DNA of 62,871 nt, counting the filler, from Chiloscyllium plagiosum (lineage: Eukaryota): NCBI RefSeq assembly GCF_004010195.1. It is 5 parts of one record of this genome, joined end to end, with 100 filler letters (N's around TTAATTAATTAA, not from the genome) between each part and the next. Parts side by side here need not be neighbours in the genome. Positions count along the whole stretch, not along the records: positions 1 to 14,942 come from NC_057713.1; positions 15,043 to 35,305 come from NC_057713.1; 3 more parts are not named here. One strand, given 5' to 3'. A program made the translations under genes and the position numbers. This document shows positions 13,235-25,748 of this stretch, one piece after another. The notes under the pieces were generated by a model. That model had not been told where the DNA came from, did no database searches, and saw nothing but the letters and a program-made list of their open reading frames with translations. Position 1 is the first letter of the stretch; every line of letters begins with the position of its first letter.

Positions 13235-13725
13235 TTGTATCAACTCCATTTGCCAGGATGAATGCAGCTCCAACAACACTCAACAGGCTCAAATTATCCA
13301 TGGTAATGCAGCCTACCTAATCTCCATTCCATCCACTCATTTGAATGTTCACTCATTTCACCACCAATATGCAGTAGCAACAGGATATAATGCAATAAAG
13401 AAACACTGCAGCAACTCACCAAGCTTCCTTAAACATTACCCTCCAAACCCATGAACACTCTCACATAGAAGGAAGGACAAGGGCAGTAGATACATAGGAC
13501 ACAATTACTTGTAGGTGCCCCTTCAAATTACCCATAATGCTCACTTGGAATTTTATTGCAAATTTGCTGGATCATTGTTCTGGAATTCAGTTCCTAACAG
13601 CATTGTGGACGACAGTGGTTCAAAAAGGAAGCTCACCACTACCTTCTCAAGGGCAATGCCAGATGGACAATGAACACTGGCTTTGTTAACAATGTTCACA
13701 TCATGTGAAAGAATTTAAAAAAATA
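13235..13725 (+). mobile_element. L2/CR1-related LINE 3' fragment
   Basis: Degenerate 3' ORF end (ctggaattcagttcctaacagc; caccactaccttctcaagggcaa) and an A-rich tail. Confidence 0.55.
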
Positions 13726-14498
13726 TAGATTTTTGAGAATAGGATTCTATGCATGATATTATAATGTAGTATGATTCAGTTTTTGCCCAATCATATTTCC
13801 AGCAGTGCTGTGCAATTTGACTTTCTCCATTGCTGAATTAAGAACCTTGACATCAATGTCAATGACCCTAACACCCCTGTGAAGATTGAGCTACCTAGCA
13901 CAACCCATCAATTGTTGATCGTGCCTTTTCATTCTTTTGAGCTGAATAGTTCATCTGATGTATACCCAGTTATGCAATTTTGGAGGCTTTATTTGCTCTT
14001 CCTGGTCCTGTATTATTGATGGCATTCTTTCCTCTGAGTCTAATGTTCCATGGTTAAATTTTACTCTAGAGGGATGAAAATATCATCCAGGTTGACACCA
14101 GTATAGTGGTCAAGTGCCATGTTTCAGATAACATGTTAAACTGAAACCCTACTGATAATTACATCTGGTTGTGAAAGATCCCAAAGCTCCAAAAATATTT
14201 ACATTTATATAGCATATTTATTCCCTGAAAAAATCCATAAATCTTTTGTACACAGCAAGTTTCCATAGACAGCAATGTGACAATGATCAGATACTCTGCT
14301 CTTGGTTAATTATGAATCATGACTCTGAGGAGAACCCACCCAATCTTTGGAATGGTGCCCATGGAGTCTTTAATATCTATCTGAGAAAGTAGACAGGACC
14401 TTTTTTCATCTCTTAGCTCCTCTAGCAGTGATGCTTTGCCTCAGTACTGACCCAGAGTGTCAGCCAACATGTGTTCAAATCTCTAGAATACAATTTGA

Positions 14499-14942
14499 TT
14501 TTTTTTATATTTCAAAAATATACTTTATTCATAAAATAATTTGATGGTCTGTACAGTTGGTCATGCCATACATATGTAAACATGTACATACAGAGATCAG
14601 AATTTATCATTTTTATACAGGTCTGTACATTTTTCAATCATATGCCCATATAAATAGCTGAGGCGTCAGCAGAGCCCAAATGACTGCACGGGCCCCCTGT
14701 TCTTCTTTAGGCAGGCAGATGTTACACGGTGGTCTTTCCCCACCGCGCCTTGGCGGCAGCTGCCCCAAGCTTCAGCGCATCCCTCAACACGTAGTCCTGG
14801 ACCTTGGAATGTGCCAGTCTGCAGCACTCAGTCGGGGTCAACTCCTTCAGCTGGAAGATCAGCAGGCTTCGGACCACCCTGAGAGCGTCCTTCACCGAGT
14901 TGATGATCCTCCAGGCACAGTTGATGTTCGTCGCGGTGTGCG
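14499..14942 (-). mobile_element. Tx1-like (L1 group) LINE 3' end
   Basis: HTATNINCAWRIINSVKDAL...LIFQLKELTPTECCRLAHSKVQDYVLRDALKLGAAAAKARWGKTTV*, then 3'UTR, AATAAA (about 14524) and A-tail; truncated by a gap. Confidence 0.75.
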
Positions 14943-15042
14943 NNNNNNNNNNNNNNNNNNNNNNNNNNNNNNNNNNNNNNNNNNNNTTAATTAATTAANN
15001 NNNNNNNNNNNNNNNNNNNNNNNNNNNNNNNNNNNNNNNNNN

Positions 15043-18000
15043 CCACTAAAGGTGTAAACAAAGATGTTTTGCCAATATTACCTTCCTTCTGCCAAATTGT
15101 CCTCCATGCTTTAACAGTATTGATGACTATTGGGCTATGGCAAATTTCCTAACTGTCCTCACCTTGTCCAAAAACAGCAAACTGGTAAGGGGGCACCTTG
15201 CCTGGGAGGCTTCGATATCTAGCCATATTGAAAGAGGGTCCCCACAAACCCAATCACTCACGTAGGTCAAAAGCGAGCTTAATTGGTAATTTTTAATGTC
15301 CGGAAGGTCTACTCCCCCCAATCTGTGAGGCAACTGCAGTTTGACTAATTTAATGAGGGGCCGTTTACGGTGCCAGATAAAGGAGCTGAACCAACAGTTC
15401 AGTCTCCTGAGTGTTTGTTTACTGAAAATCAGGGGGTGCATCCGTATAGGGTATAGCAAACGAGGGAGAATATTCATCTTAATAAGCGCTATCCGACCCA
15501 ACCATAAGACTGGAAGTGCCTCCCATCTTTGGAGATCTTGTTTAATTTTTTCAAATAATTGTGTAAAATTAGCTTTGAACAGCAAATCCAGAACTAGAGT
15601 AATGAATATGCCCAAATACACAAAACCCCCCTGTGACCACCTAAATGGGAATCTATAGTCACTCTCAAGAAGTAACTCTTTCATAAGACCACCCATAGGC
15701 ATAGCCTCTGATTTAGCAAAATTAATCTTATACCCTGAAAAAGCGCCAAAAGCGTGAATGCATTGTACCAGGCAAGGCACTGAGACTGCTGGATTTGTCA
15801 AGAAAATTAGAACATCATCTGTATATAGCGAGATCTTATGTAATTTTGACCCCACTTCTGGAGCTGATATATTGAGATCCCCACGAATGGCCTCTGCCAA
15901 CAGTTCAATCACCAACATAAAAAGTAATGGTGAAAGGGGACAGCCCTGCCGGCTGCCCCTAGAAATATTAAAATTGCTTGATCGTACCCCATTGGTAGTG
16001 ACCGCAGCGAGAGGTACACTGTAGAGAACCTTTACCCATCTTATGAAAACTTCACCCAGACCAAACCGGTCTAGAGTATAGAAAGCCACTCAACTCGGTC
16101 AAATGCCTTCTCTGCATCTAAAGAAATCACCAATCCCTGTGTTGACTGCTGTTGGCATGCTTGAATTACATTAAACAGCCTCCTAATGTTATTGGAGGAT
16201 CTGCAACTCTTTATGAAGCCCGTCGGATCCTCTTTAATAATAGAGGGTAACACAGTCTCCAGCCTTAACGCAAGAGCCTTAGAGAGGATCTTAAAGTCCA
16301 CATTTAAGAGCGAGATGGGCCTATATGAAGCACAGTCTTCCGGATCCTTCCTTTTTTAAGGATAAGTGAAATATTGGCCTCTCTCAGAGATGGTGGGAGA
16401 CAAATATGACTGTATGAATCATTAAACATATTCAGCATCGGGCCTGACAGTATACTTCTCAATTCCTTATAGAATTCACTGGGAAGTTCACCAGGACCGG
16501 GCGCCTTTCCACTCTGAAGCTGCCTCACAGCTTCCTGCACTTCTTACTCTGATAATGGGGCATTGACAAAGGACTGTTGTTCGGGAGTCACAGCCAGGAG
16601 CTTCAGATCTCTAAAAAGGATTCCATTTTGGCCTGCCCCTCCTCACAATTCTCAGACTGATATAACTTAGAGTAGAATCTCTGGAACGCCACTTTTTAGA
16701 ATCACATGTTAGGTTCCCAGACCCTTCCCTAATCGCTGTAATGGTTTGTGGGGCACTTCTCTTTCTGGCAAGGTATGGTAAGTATTTGCCTGGCTTGTCA
16801 CCATGCTCGTATAACCTTTGCTTTGCAAAAGCCAGCTCCTTCTTTGCCGCCTGCGTGAGCACGGAATTCAGTGCAGATCACAGTGCCCTAATCCTCTGTA
16901 GTTTGACAGGGTCTGTCAAAATAGGCCTTCTCGGCTGCCTTCAACCGTGCTTCAAGGAGACATTGCTGCTCACCCTTCTGCCGCTTCCTACTGGTGGAAT
17001 ATGAAATAACTAACCCTCTGGCATAAGCTTTGGCAGTTTCCCAGAGAATAGATGAGCTATCAACCAAGCCTATGTTGATGTCTAGGAATGCCCGAAATTC
17101 CCTAGAGAAATACTCCACAAACTTGCTGTCCATGAGAATAAAGGGGTCCATTCGCCAGTACCTTGAATCCACTGTAACATCCTTAATTTTAACCATGAGG
17201 TACACTGGAGCATGATCAGAGATGGCAATATTACCAATCGTATAGAATGCCACCAGATCCAGGGTTACCGCAGGGGTCAGAAAAAAATCAATCCTCGTGT
17301 GACATCTGTGCGGATTGGAGAAAAATGTGAAATCCCCACCTGTAGGGTGGAAACACCTCCAGATGTCCACCAATCCTAATTCCCCACACAAACCCAATAA
17401 CTGTTTAGTTTGTGCAGAGAGTATCGAGGGACCTTTAGGCAACCTGTCTACTGTGGGGTCCATGAGGCAGTTAAAATCTCCCTCTATAATGATGTGCCGA
17501 GACTTTAGACTTATCAGTTTAGAAAAAGCATCTACCAAGAATTTAAGAGGATGAGCTGGGGGACAATAAACATTTAAAATGCCATATTCTTCCCCACTAA
17601 TCAAGGCTTTAAGAATTACAAACCTCCCGTATGTGTCTTTAACACATTCCAACAATTTAAATGAGAGAGTTTTCCTTACCAATATAGCCACTCCCCTACT
17701 TCTGGTATTAAATGATGAAAAATAAACTTGGTCAAAGCCATTCTGCTGTAATTTCAGATGCTCCTTGTCATCCAAATGTGTCTCCTGTAACAAAGCAATA
17801 TCCACCTTCTCCTTTCTAAGACGCAAGAGTACTTTCTTCCTCTTAATTGGTGAGTGACTTCCCTTGATATTCCAGATACACCATTTAATCAAATCATTAG
17901 CCATAATCATCTGCAATTACATTTAAATTCCAGAGAGGAGGAACCCGAACCACAAATTGCTGAACCTTAGTGTCACATGATCCACCAAATATAAAAACTA

Positions 18001-19500
18001 CATAAACTAAAACCACTACATTTAACAAACATACAAAATTATTAAAAATAAAAAACAACAAAAACCAGAAAACAAACCAGCATATAAAGTGCCAATAGCG
18101 CTGAGTAGGGGAACTCACCCGGAGGGGGCAACTACCCATCCCGAACTGCCCATAAATAGGCATCTAACCATCTCAACCACCTTCACNNNNNNNNNNNNNN
18201 NNNNNNNNNNNNNNNNNNNNNNNNNNNNNNNNNNNNNNNNNNNNNNNNNNNNNCCATTTCTTTTACAGAATGATAAACACATACTCAAGCAACAATATTT
18301 ATACATACTACAATTGTTTAAGTTAGGTTAGTTTGTCCACAAAGTCTCTTGCCTTCTCCGATGTGTCAAAGAGATGCATGGATCCATCTAAGGTGATCCG
18401 AAGCACTGCCAGATATCTCAGGGAGTACTGAATCCCAAGCTCCTTCAATCTTCTCTTGACACCATCATACGATTTTCGTTTCTGAATCACCGCTGCTGAA
18501 AAGTCCTGAAAAAACATGATCTTAGACCCCTCATAAATTAGGGCCTTTGGGTCCTTCCTCTGGTGTCTGGAAGCCTCGACCACTCTCTCCTTATCCCAGT
18601 AATGATGGAACCGCACCAGGAAAGGATGAGGGCGTTAACCCAGACCCAACCTCCGTGCTGCAACCCAGTGAGCCCTCTTTATCTTCAATCCACTCGTGCC
18701 AGTCTCTAAGTCAAGGAATTTCAGAAGGAGAAAGTGAGGTCTGCAGATGCTGGAGATCAGAGCTGAAAATATGTTGCTGGAACAGCGCAGCAGGTCAGGC
18801 AGCATCCAGGGAACAGGAGAATCGATATTTCGGGCATAAGCCCTTCCTGAAGAAAACGTCGATTCTCCTGTTCCCTTGTTGCTGCCTGACCTGCTGCGCT
18901 GTTCCAGCAAGGAATTTCAGAAGCCAATCTTCAACAAATTCCGCAGGCCGCTCACCTTCCTTACCCTCAGGCAGACCGATGATCCGAATGTTTTTTCTCC
19001 TGCCCCTGTTTTCAAGATCATCCACTTGGTCACGCAAATTACGAACCTGCATCTTCAGGGCTTGGATCTCTTCCTTGAATGAACTGGCATCAGCTTCCAC
19101 CACTGTGACCCTGTGCTCCACCTCATCCGTCCTCTTCTCCAGGTCTCCCAGCTGCTGCTGCTGCTCATGCTTCTGCAGCATGAGAGAGACTGGAGCCAGC
19201 TTCGCTTCAATCTATTTCCCCAACATCTCGCGAGATTTCGAGAGCTGGTTCACCAGGTCCAGGCTGAGCTGCAGGCCCGACCTCAGATGCTCCTCCTCCC
19301 TTTTTAGGCATTTCTGGACAGCCGAAAATACAGGTAAGTCAATTTTTAAATGTTTCTTGGGGCTCCACAATCTTTCCTATGGCCCAAGAAATCCTGATGA
19401 CCTGGGTTGGGAGGATTAAAGGACCATCCTGCTCCTGCTGCGATGCGAAGCTCTGTAGTGTGATCTTCTCAGATCGCCGCCATCTCAGATCCCCGCCTCT
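15043..19500 (-). mobile_element. Near full-length L1-clade LINE (ORF1 plus frameshifted EN-RT ORF2); 3' end lost in gap
   Basis: ORF1: LENRGRRKNIRIIGLPE...RAH...FQDFS (18323-19300). ORF2 from ATG 17904: WNIKG, LLQETHL, GDFN, RIDFF, SDH, KAPGP, DAEKAFD, GSRQGCPLSP, LYTDD. The 5' end has GAGATGGCGG preceded by a TT/AAAA-like target. Confidence 0.95.
18728..18907. mobile_element. Palindromic hammerhead family A element inserted in L1 ORF1, with 16-bp TSD
   Basis: CAAGGAATTTCAGAAG at 18712-18727 and 18908-18923; inverted arms of about 55 bp; centre ttcgggcataagcccttcctgaagaaaacgtc. Confidence 0.9.
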
Positions 19501-19569
19501 CTTTTTTTAATTGATCATGGGATGAGGATATCTCTTGCTGGGCCAGCTATAATTGCCAACCCTGAATTG

Positions 19570-20650
19570 ACCAGATACCACACAAGAGACTCCTAAATAA
19601 GATAAGACCCCATGGTGCTAGAGACAAGGTACTGGCATGGATAGAGATTTGGTTGACTAGCCGAAAGCAGTTATTAGGGATAAAAGGGTCTTTTTCAGGA
19701 GGGTAACTGGTGACTAATGGAGTTCCACAAGAGTCTGTTTTGGAACCACAACTACTCATGTTATATGTTAATGATCCAGATGAAGGAACTGAGGACATTG
19801 TTGATATGTTTAAAATGACACAAAGATAGTTGGAAGGACAAGTTGTGTTGAGGAAGCAGGGAGGCTGCGGAAGGACTTGGACATGCTAGGAGAGTGGGCA
19901 AAGAAGTGGCAGATGGAATATAATGTGAGAAAGTGTGAGGTCATTCACTTTGGTAGGAAGAGTAGAGGTGTAGACTATCTTCTAAATGAGGAAAGGCTTT
20001 TGAAAACTGAAGCACAGAGGAACTTAGGAGTCCTCGTTGAGGATTCTCTTAAGGTTAACATGTATGCACAGTTGGCAGTTAGGAAGGCAAATGTTAGCAT
20101 TTATTTCAAAAGGACTAGATTACAAGAACAGGGATGTACTGCTGAGACTGTGTAAGATTCTAGTCAGAATACTGTATTGTGAGCAGTTTTGGGCTTTGTG
20201 TCTAAGGACAAATGTGCTAGCATTAGAGGGGACCAGAGGAGATTTACAAGAATGATCTTGGAGATGAAGGACTTGTCATATGAGGAACAGTTAAGGACTC
20301 TGGGTCTGTAGTCAATGGAGTATAAAAGAATCAGGAGGGATCTGATTGAAACTTACAGAATGCTGAGAAGCCTGAATTGAGTGGACATGGGGAAGATTCT
20401 TCCACTAGTAGGAGAGACTAAGATCTGAGGGCAAAGGCTCAGAGTGAAGTGGAATCATTGCCACAGAAGGCTGTGGATGCCAAGTCTTTGAGTCTATTTA
20501 AGATAGGGATAGATAGGATCTTGACTGGTAAGGGGATCAAGGGTTACAGAAAGAAGGCATAGGGTGGCATTCAGAAACAGATCATACATAATTGAATTCT
20601 GGAGCAGATTCAATGGGCCAGATGGTCTAATTCTGCTCCTATGTCTTCTA
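19570..20650 (+). mobile_element. CR1 LINE RT/3' fragment
   Basis: GVPQESVL; WAKKWQMEYNVRKCEVIHFG; 3'UTR-like end. Confidence 0.9.
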
Positions 20651-20826
20651 CCTCATTACCCAAAGGGCATACTGCATTGCTGTGTCACATGTAGGCTAGT
20701 TAAAGATGACAGATTTCCTTCCCTAAAAGACATTGGTGAACCAGATGTATTTTTTTTCATGACAATCAATAATGGTTACATGGTCATCACTAGCTTTTTA
20801 TACCAGATTTCATTTTTGAAATCAAA

Positions 20827-21105
20827 TAGTAAGCTATCTGTCTCAGGAGCATAGAAGGCTGTTGAAAGATTTGTTACTGTAGTACAAGGACTTATGTAAG
20901 AATTAGATGGGGAGGAGTAATGCTATTGTACATGAAGTATATGGAGGAAATACTGCTCCGATAAAATAACACCCCTACCGACCTAATCCTTTCAAAGCCA
21001 GACAGGTCCAGATGGAGGTGGAGGCCATGTCAATCGTCTTAGTTCCCAAACCAGATGGGACTCAACGATTCTGCATGGATTATCGGAAGATCAATGCTGT
21101 TACAA
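20827..21105 (+). mobile_element. Isolated internal RT fragment of the Gmr1-like family, inside a SINE remnant
   Basis: IVLVPKPDGTQRFCMDYRKINAVT; nucleotide match to the reverse complement of about 26680-26998. Confidence 0.85.
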
Positions 21106-22542
21106 TGATAACCTTCTGCAATGGTATGATTTGAAGCCATGTCCTCAGAACATTAACTTGGGGTTCTGGATTACTAGTTCAGTGATAATACCACTATGCA
21201 AGTCCCTCTCTCGCCTGACCACCAACCTAGCAAGCAGCTTAATCATGGGGACTCCCTCAAGATGCCCTGATAACCCTTCTTGTCTCTGACCTGGTCATTG
21301 CAGGTTGTTTATTTCCATTGCTTCCCACTTGGAATGGGTTGGAAACCTACCAGCAACATTTAGATGAGATCCAGAAATTTAAAAACTGTTTTTATCTGAA
21401 GAGACTGAGATTTAAACTGAGATCATAAGTCACTTGATGAAAAGTGGTTTGCAGATAAAATTAGAATTAGGATTGAGATACAGGCTTTTTTTTGGATATT
21501 TATATAGTATTTGTGAGAGCTACAATGAAGAGCAAAGAGGAGGATGTATATAGAGAGGATGTATGAGAGGACATCTTATCTGGAGCCCAACAGATGCATT
21601 TTCCAGTTCAATGTTATCTAATGTCATGATGACACAACTCCTTTCACATTTGCTCAGGACCTACACTTAGAGTAAGGGTATAATCCTCTGTATTCCATGC
21701 CCAAGTTCTTTCATGGTACCTTTTACACACCACTAACAATTAACCATGAACATCAAGTTCTTCATTCCCACCATTCCCAGCCCATAAGTCTCTCTTGCTT
21801 GAGGGGCAAATCTTCAAACGTGTCTCTGTTCTCCTCTGGGAAATGTAGGACATATACACTCTAATATCATTTCCTTGGAGGGATAAAGCATTGGTGGAGT
21901 GGAATGATGTCATTTGGAGTGGAAAGATTTAAACATAGAAGTATTGAAGAGTAATCAAGGAAAAACTGATTCAAAGATGAACCATCTAATACTCAATGAC
22001 CACATTCTTTGTAAGGTAAGACAAGTAATTGAAAATTTTCCTCTCCTTTCCAACTGCTTTGCTTTCTTATGTAAGGATGAATCTAATTCATGAAAATACA
22101 AACAGTGTTCTGAAGATAACTTTGGAGGCAATGAAGCAAAGACATCTCCATCACTTCAAGGGTAGGAATTTCTCTTTCTGCGGGTCATGGTACCTCTTCA
22201 ACACCTACTATTATGAGAGGCTGCGAAAGAATGACATCGCGTGGACTTCATAAGAAAGTAGAAATGTACACTCATCAACAATAGAATAAACTGCGGAGAA
22301 AGGTCAATCGGAAATTTATGTTTGGTACTATACCATCTTGAAAGGTCAACCTCACTCTGCAGATGTCATTTGTCATTAACAAGTGAACAAAGATTCTTGG
22401 TTTTCTCTTTCCATGCTTTCAATTTGAAAGATTAAGTAACAATCATTAATTATAGCAGAAAGCTTTCTTCAGCTAATCATTCACTGTGATTTTGGAGTTT
22501 TTAACATTTTTGCAATAGAATAATTTTCCTCCAACAAAGAAT

Positions 22543-23925
22543 AAGAACAAAGAACAAAGAAAATTTACAACCCAGGAACAGGCCCTTCGGCTCTTCAAGC
22601 CTGAGCTGATCCAAATGTACTGTCTAAACCTGTTGGTCAATTCCTAAGCATTTGTATCCCTCTGCTCCCCACCTACTCATGCACTTGGACAAAATAATAT
22701 TTTATCTTAGTAAAAATAGCCTTTCCCCAGTTTAAGAACAAAGAACAAAGAAAGTTTACAGCCCAGGAACAGGCCCTTCGGCCCTCCAAGCCTGAGCCGA
22801 TCCAAATCTACTATCTAAATCTGTCACCCAATTCCTAAGCATCTGTATCCCTCTGCTCCGCACCTACTCATTCATCTGTCCAGACACATCTTAAATGAAT
22901 CTATCATGCCTGCCACCACCACCTCTGCTGGCAACGTGTTCCAGATGTCCACCAACCTCTGTATGAAGTACTTGTCACGTGTATCCCCCTTAAACTTTCC
23001 ACCTCTCACCTTGAAAGCATGACATCTCATTATTGAATTCCTCACCCTGGGAAAAAGCTTGTCTCTATCCACTCGGTCTGTACCCTTCATGATTTTGTAA
23101 ACCTCCCTCAATCTCCTTTTTTCTAATGAAAACAAACCTAACCTACTCCACCTCTCTTCATAACTAACACCTTCCATACAAGGCAACATCCTCGTAAACC
23201 AGGGTACAATGGACCTGCACTCCCAGATCTCTCTGCCCATCAACTTTTCCCAAGGCTCTTCCATTCTTTGAATAATTCGCTCTAGAATTAGACTTGCCTA
23301 AATGCATCACCTCACATTTGTCTGGATTGAAAGCCACCTGCCACTTTTCCACCCAAATCTCCAGTCCATCTATATCCTCCTATATTCTCTGACAGTCCCT
23401 TATGCTTTCTGCTCCTCCACCAATCTTCGTGTCATCTGCAAACTTACTGATCATACCAACAGTGCCCTCTTCTAGATCATTTATGTATATTACAAACAAC
23501 ACTGGCCTCAATACTGACCCCTGTGGAACACCACTGGTCACCTTTCTCCATTTCGAGAAACTCTCTTCAACTACTACTCTCTGTCTCCTGTTGCTCAACC
23601 AGTTCTTTATCCACCTAGCTGGAACACCCTGCACACCATGTGATTTCACTTTCTCCATTAGTCTACAATGGGGAACCTTATCAAATGTCTTACTAAGGTC
23701 CATGTATATGACACCAACAGCCCTAACAACTTGGTCACTTCCTCGAAGAACTATTAAGTTGGTAAGGCATGATCTCGCCCGCACAAAACCATATTGCCTA
23801 TCACTGATAAGCTCATTCTTTCCTAAATATAAATAGATCCTATCTCTCAGTACCCTCTCCAGCAACTTCCTCACCACCGACGTCAGTCTCACTGGTCTGT
23901 GGTTACCCAGAATATCCCTCTCTAT
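22543..23925 (-). mobile_element. CR1 LINE RT-3' fragment with doubled 3' end and (TTCTTTG)n tails
   Basis: QYGF, DLSKTFDKVPH, SGVPQGSVL, SKFADDTK; the 3'UTR is present twice (22543-22690, 22735-22880). Confidence 0.93.
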
Positions 23926-24364
23926 CCTGTAAAGTGCATAAGTACACCAGTTGTTTGCGTGCTCAATTTTTGTAATTCTTCAGCAAGTTTTTAATTTTCA
24001 CCCAGAAAGCCTTGGTTATTTGTTAACAGCTGACCTTTTAGTCCTGTAACCTTCCTGAGGTAGGTAAACTGTAGTTACACTCTTGTTGTGTTTTAATCTG
24101 TTAAAGCCTGTTCTGATGCTGAGCTTCTAGCTTCACTAAAGCAATCTATAGAATCTCAATGGTTTGCTCTTGTAGGTTTTGGTTGAGAACCTCTTTAGTG
24201 TTTCCATAGCTTGCTGATGTGATTATTTTGCAGCATCCTGCTGCCTGAGATGCAGATCAGCAATTTCTATGTGTCAGATATTGACATGATTCACTTTTGA
24301 CCTCAGCATATATCTTTCCCTGTATGGGCTTTTATTAGTTAATTACAATTCGTACATTACCTCT

Positions 24365-25748
24365 TATTATGACACGAGGTAAACCCTCCTGCTTAATTAA
24401 AACCAGCAACACGGAAAAGATTTACCCTGTGCAGTAATCTATGAAAATTCAAGTGGCCAAGAATTATTTAAAGTAAAAATTAACAACTTATTTCTTAAAG
24501 TATAACAGAGAATAATTAACTAACAACAATTTACAACTCCTTCCTCTAACCTATCTTTTACCTTCCCTTCTATAATCTTTTACCTTCCCTTCTATAATAC
24601 TAGTCTGATAAAACTCCCAATTAAGATTTACAGAAAAATTCAAATTTTAAAACCAATCAGCGGTCGAATCTTCGCTTTATCTTTGTTGATAGATTTGCTC
24701 CCCAGGTCAGTGTTGAAGCTTTTCTCTATGCAAGCTCCTTCTCTAGACAGGTACCTGTCAGAGAGTTCTGACTAGCAGTCTACATCTGTTGGTCTGGTGG
24801 CAGTTCTCCTCCCAACTGGTCAATTTTCTCCAGTATTAAATCCCGAAGCATCAGATTGTGTCATTGGCTTTTAAGATTGTCAATATACTCAATTCAAACT
24901 GTATTGGAATTTGTTATTTTCAGGGTATAATTTAAATTTATTGGCCTAATTCGATTCTGTTTTGTCATTTCCAGGCAACTAGTGAAGAGGGCATTTGGCA
25001 TGCTTTCCTTTATTGGTCAGAGTATTGAATACAGGAGTTGGGAGGTCATGTTGCAGCTGTACAGGACATTGGTTAGGCCACTGTTAGAATATTGTATGCA
25101 ATTCTGGTCTCCTTTCTATCGGAAAGATGTGAAATATTAAAGGGTTCAGAAAAGATTTACAAGGATGTTGCCAGGGTTGGAGGATTTGAGCTATAGTGAG
25201 AGGCTGGACAGGCTGGGGCTGTTTTTCCTGGGGCGTTGGGGGCTGAGGGGTAACCATATAGAGGTTTACAAAATTATGAGGGGCATGGATAGGGTAAATA
25301 GACAAATTCTTTTCCCTGGGGTCGGGAGTCCAGAACTAGAGGGCATAGGTTTAGGATGTGAGGGGAAAGATGCAAAACAGACCCATGGGACAACTTTTTC
25401 ACACAGAGGGTGGTACATGTATGGAATGAGCTGCCAGGGGAATTGGTGGAGGCTGGTACAATTGCAACATTTAAGAGGCATTTGGATGGGTGTATGAATA
25501 GGAAGGGTTTGGAGGGATATGGGCTAGGTGCTGGCAGGTGGGACTAGATTGTGTTGGGATATGGATGGGTCGGCATGGATGGGTTGGACCGAAGGGTCTG
25601 TTTCCATGCTGTACATCTCTATGACTCTATACCTCGCTACTCCAGTAGCAGGAGCACATGTTATATTATGTCTTACTGAGAACACTTGGTGCTGTCACTG
25701 CTTGCTTTTGCTCTCTTAAAGGTATGGTACCCCCACATCTTCATAACT
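24365..25748 (-). repeat. 3' LTR of the Gmr1-like element (CR1 inserted at 24981-25630); PPT at about 25748-25761
   Basis: Begins tattatgacac and ends catcttcataac; the adjacent tcctccccccccttt is a polypurine tract on the minus strand. Confidence 0.88.
24981..25630 (+). mobile_element. CR1 3' fragment nested in the LTR
   Basis: LYRTLVRPLLEYC; MLPGLEDLSYSERLDRLGLF; ctctatgactcta tail. Confidence 0.93.

Noticed and set aside
14987..14998. TTAATTAATTAA inside N runs (also about 35350, 51366, 58959)
   Set aside because: Identical palindromic six-frame-stop linker in the middle of gaps; an assembly spacer, not biology.
14499..19500. A single L1 spanning the gap at 14943-15042
   Set aside because: The left piece is a GC-rich Tx1-type C-terminus and the right an AT-rich L1; they are probably different families and cannot be joined across a gap.
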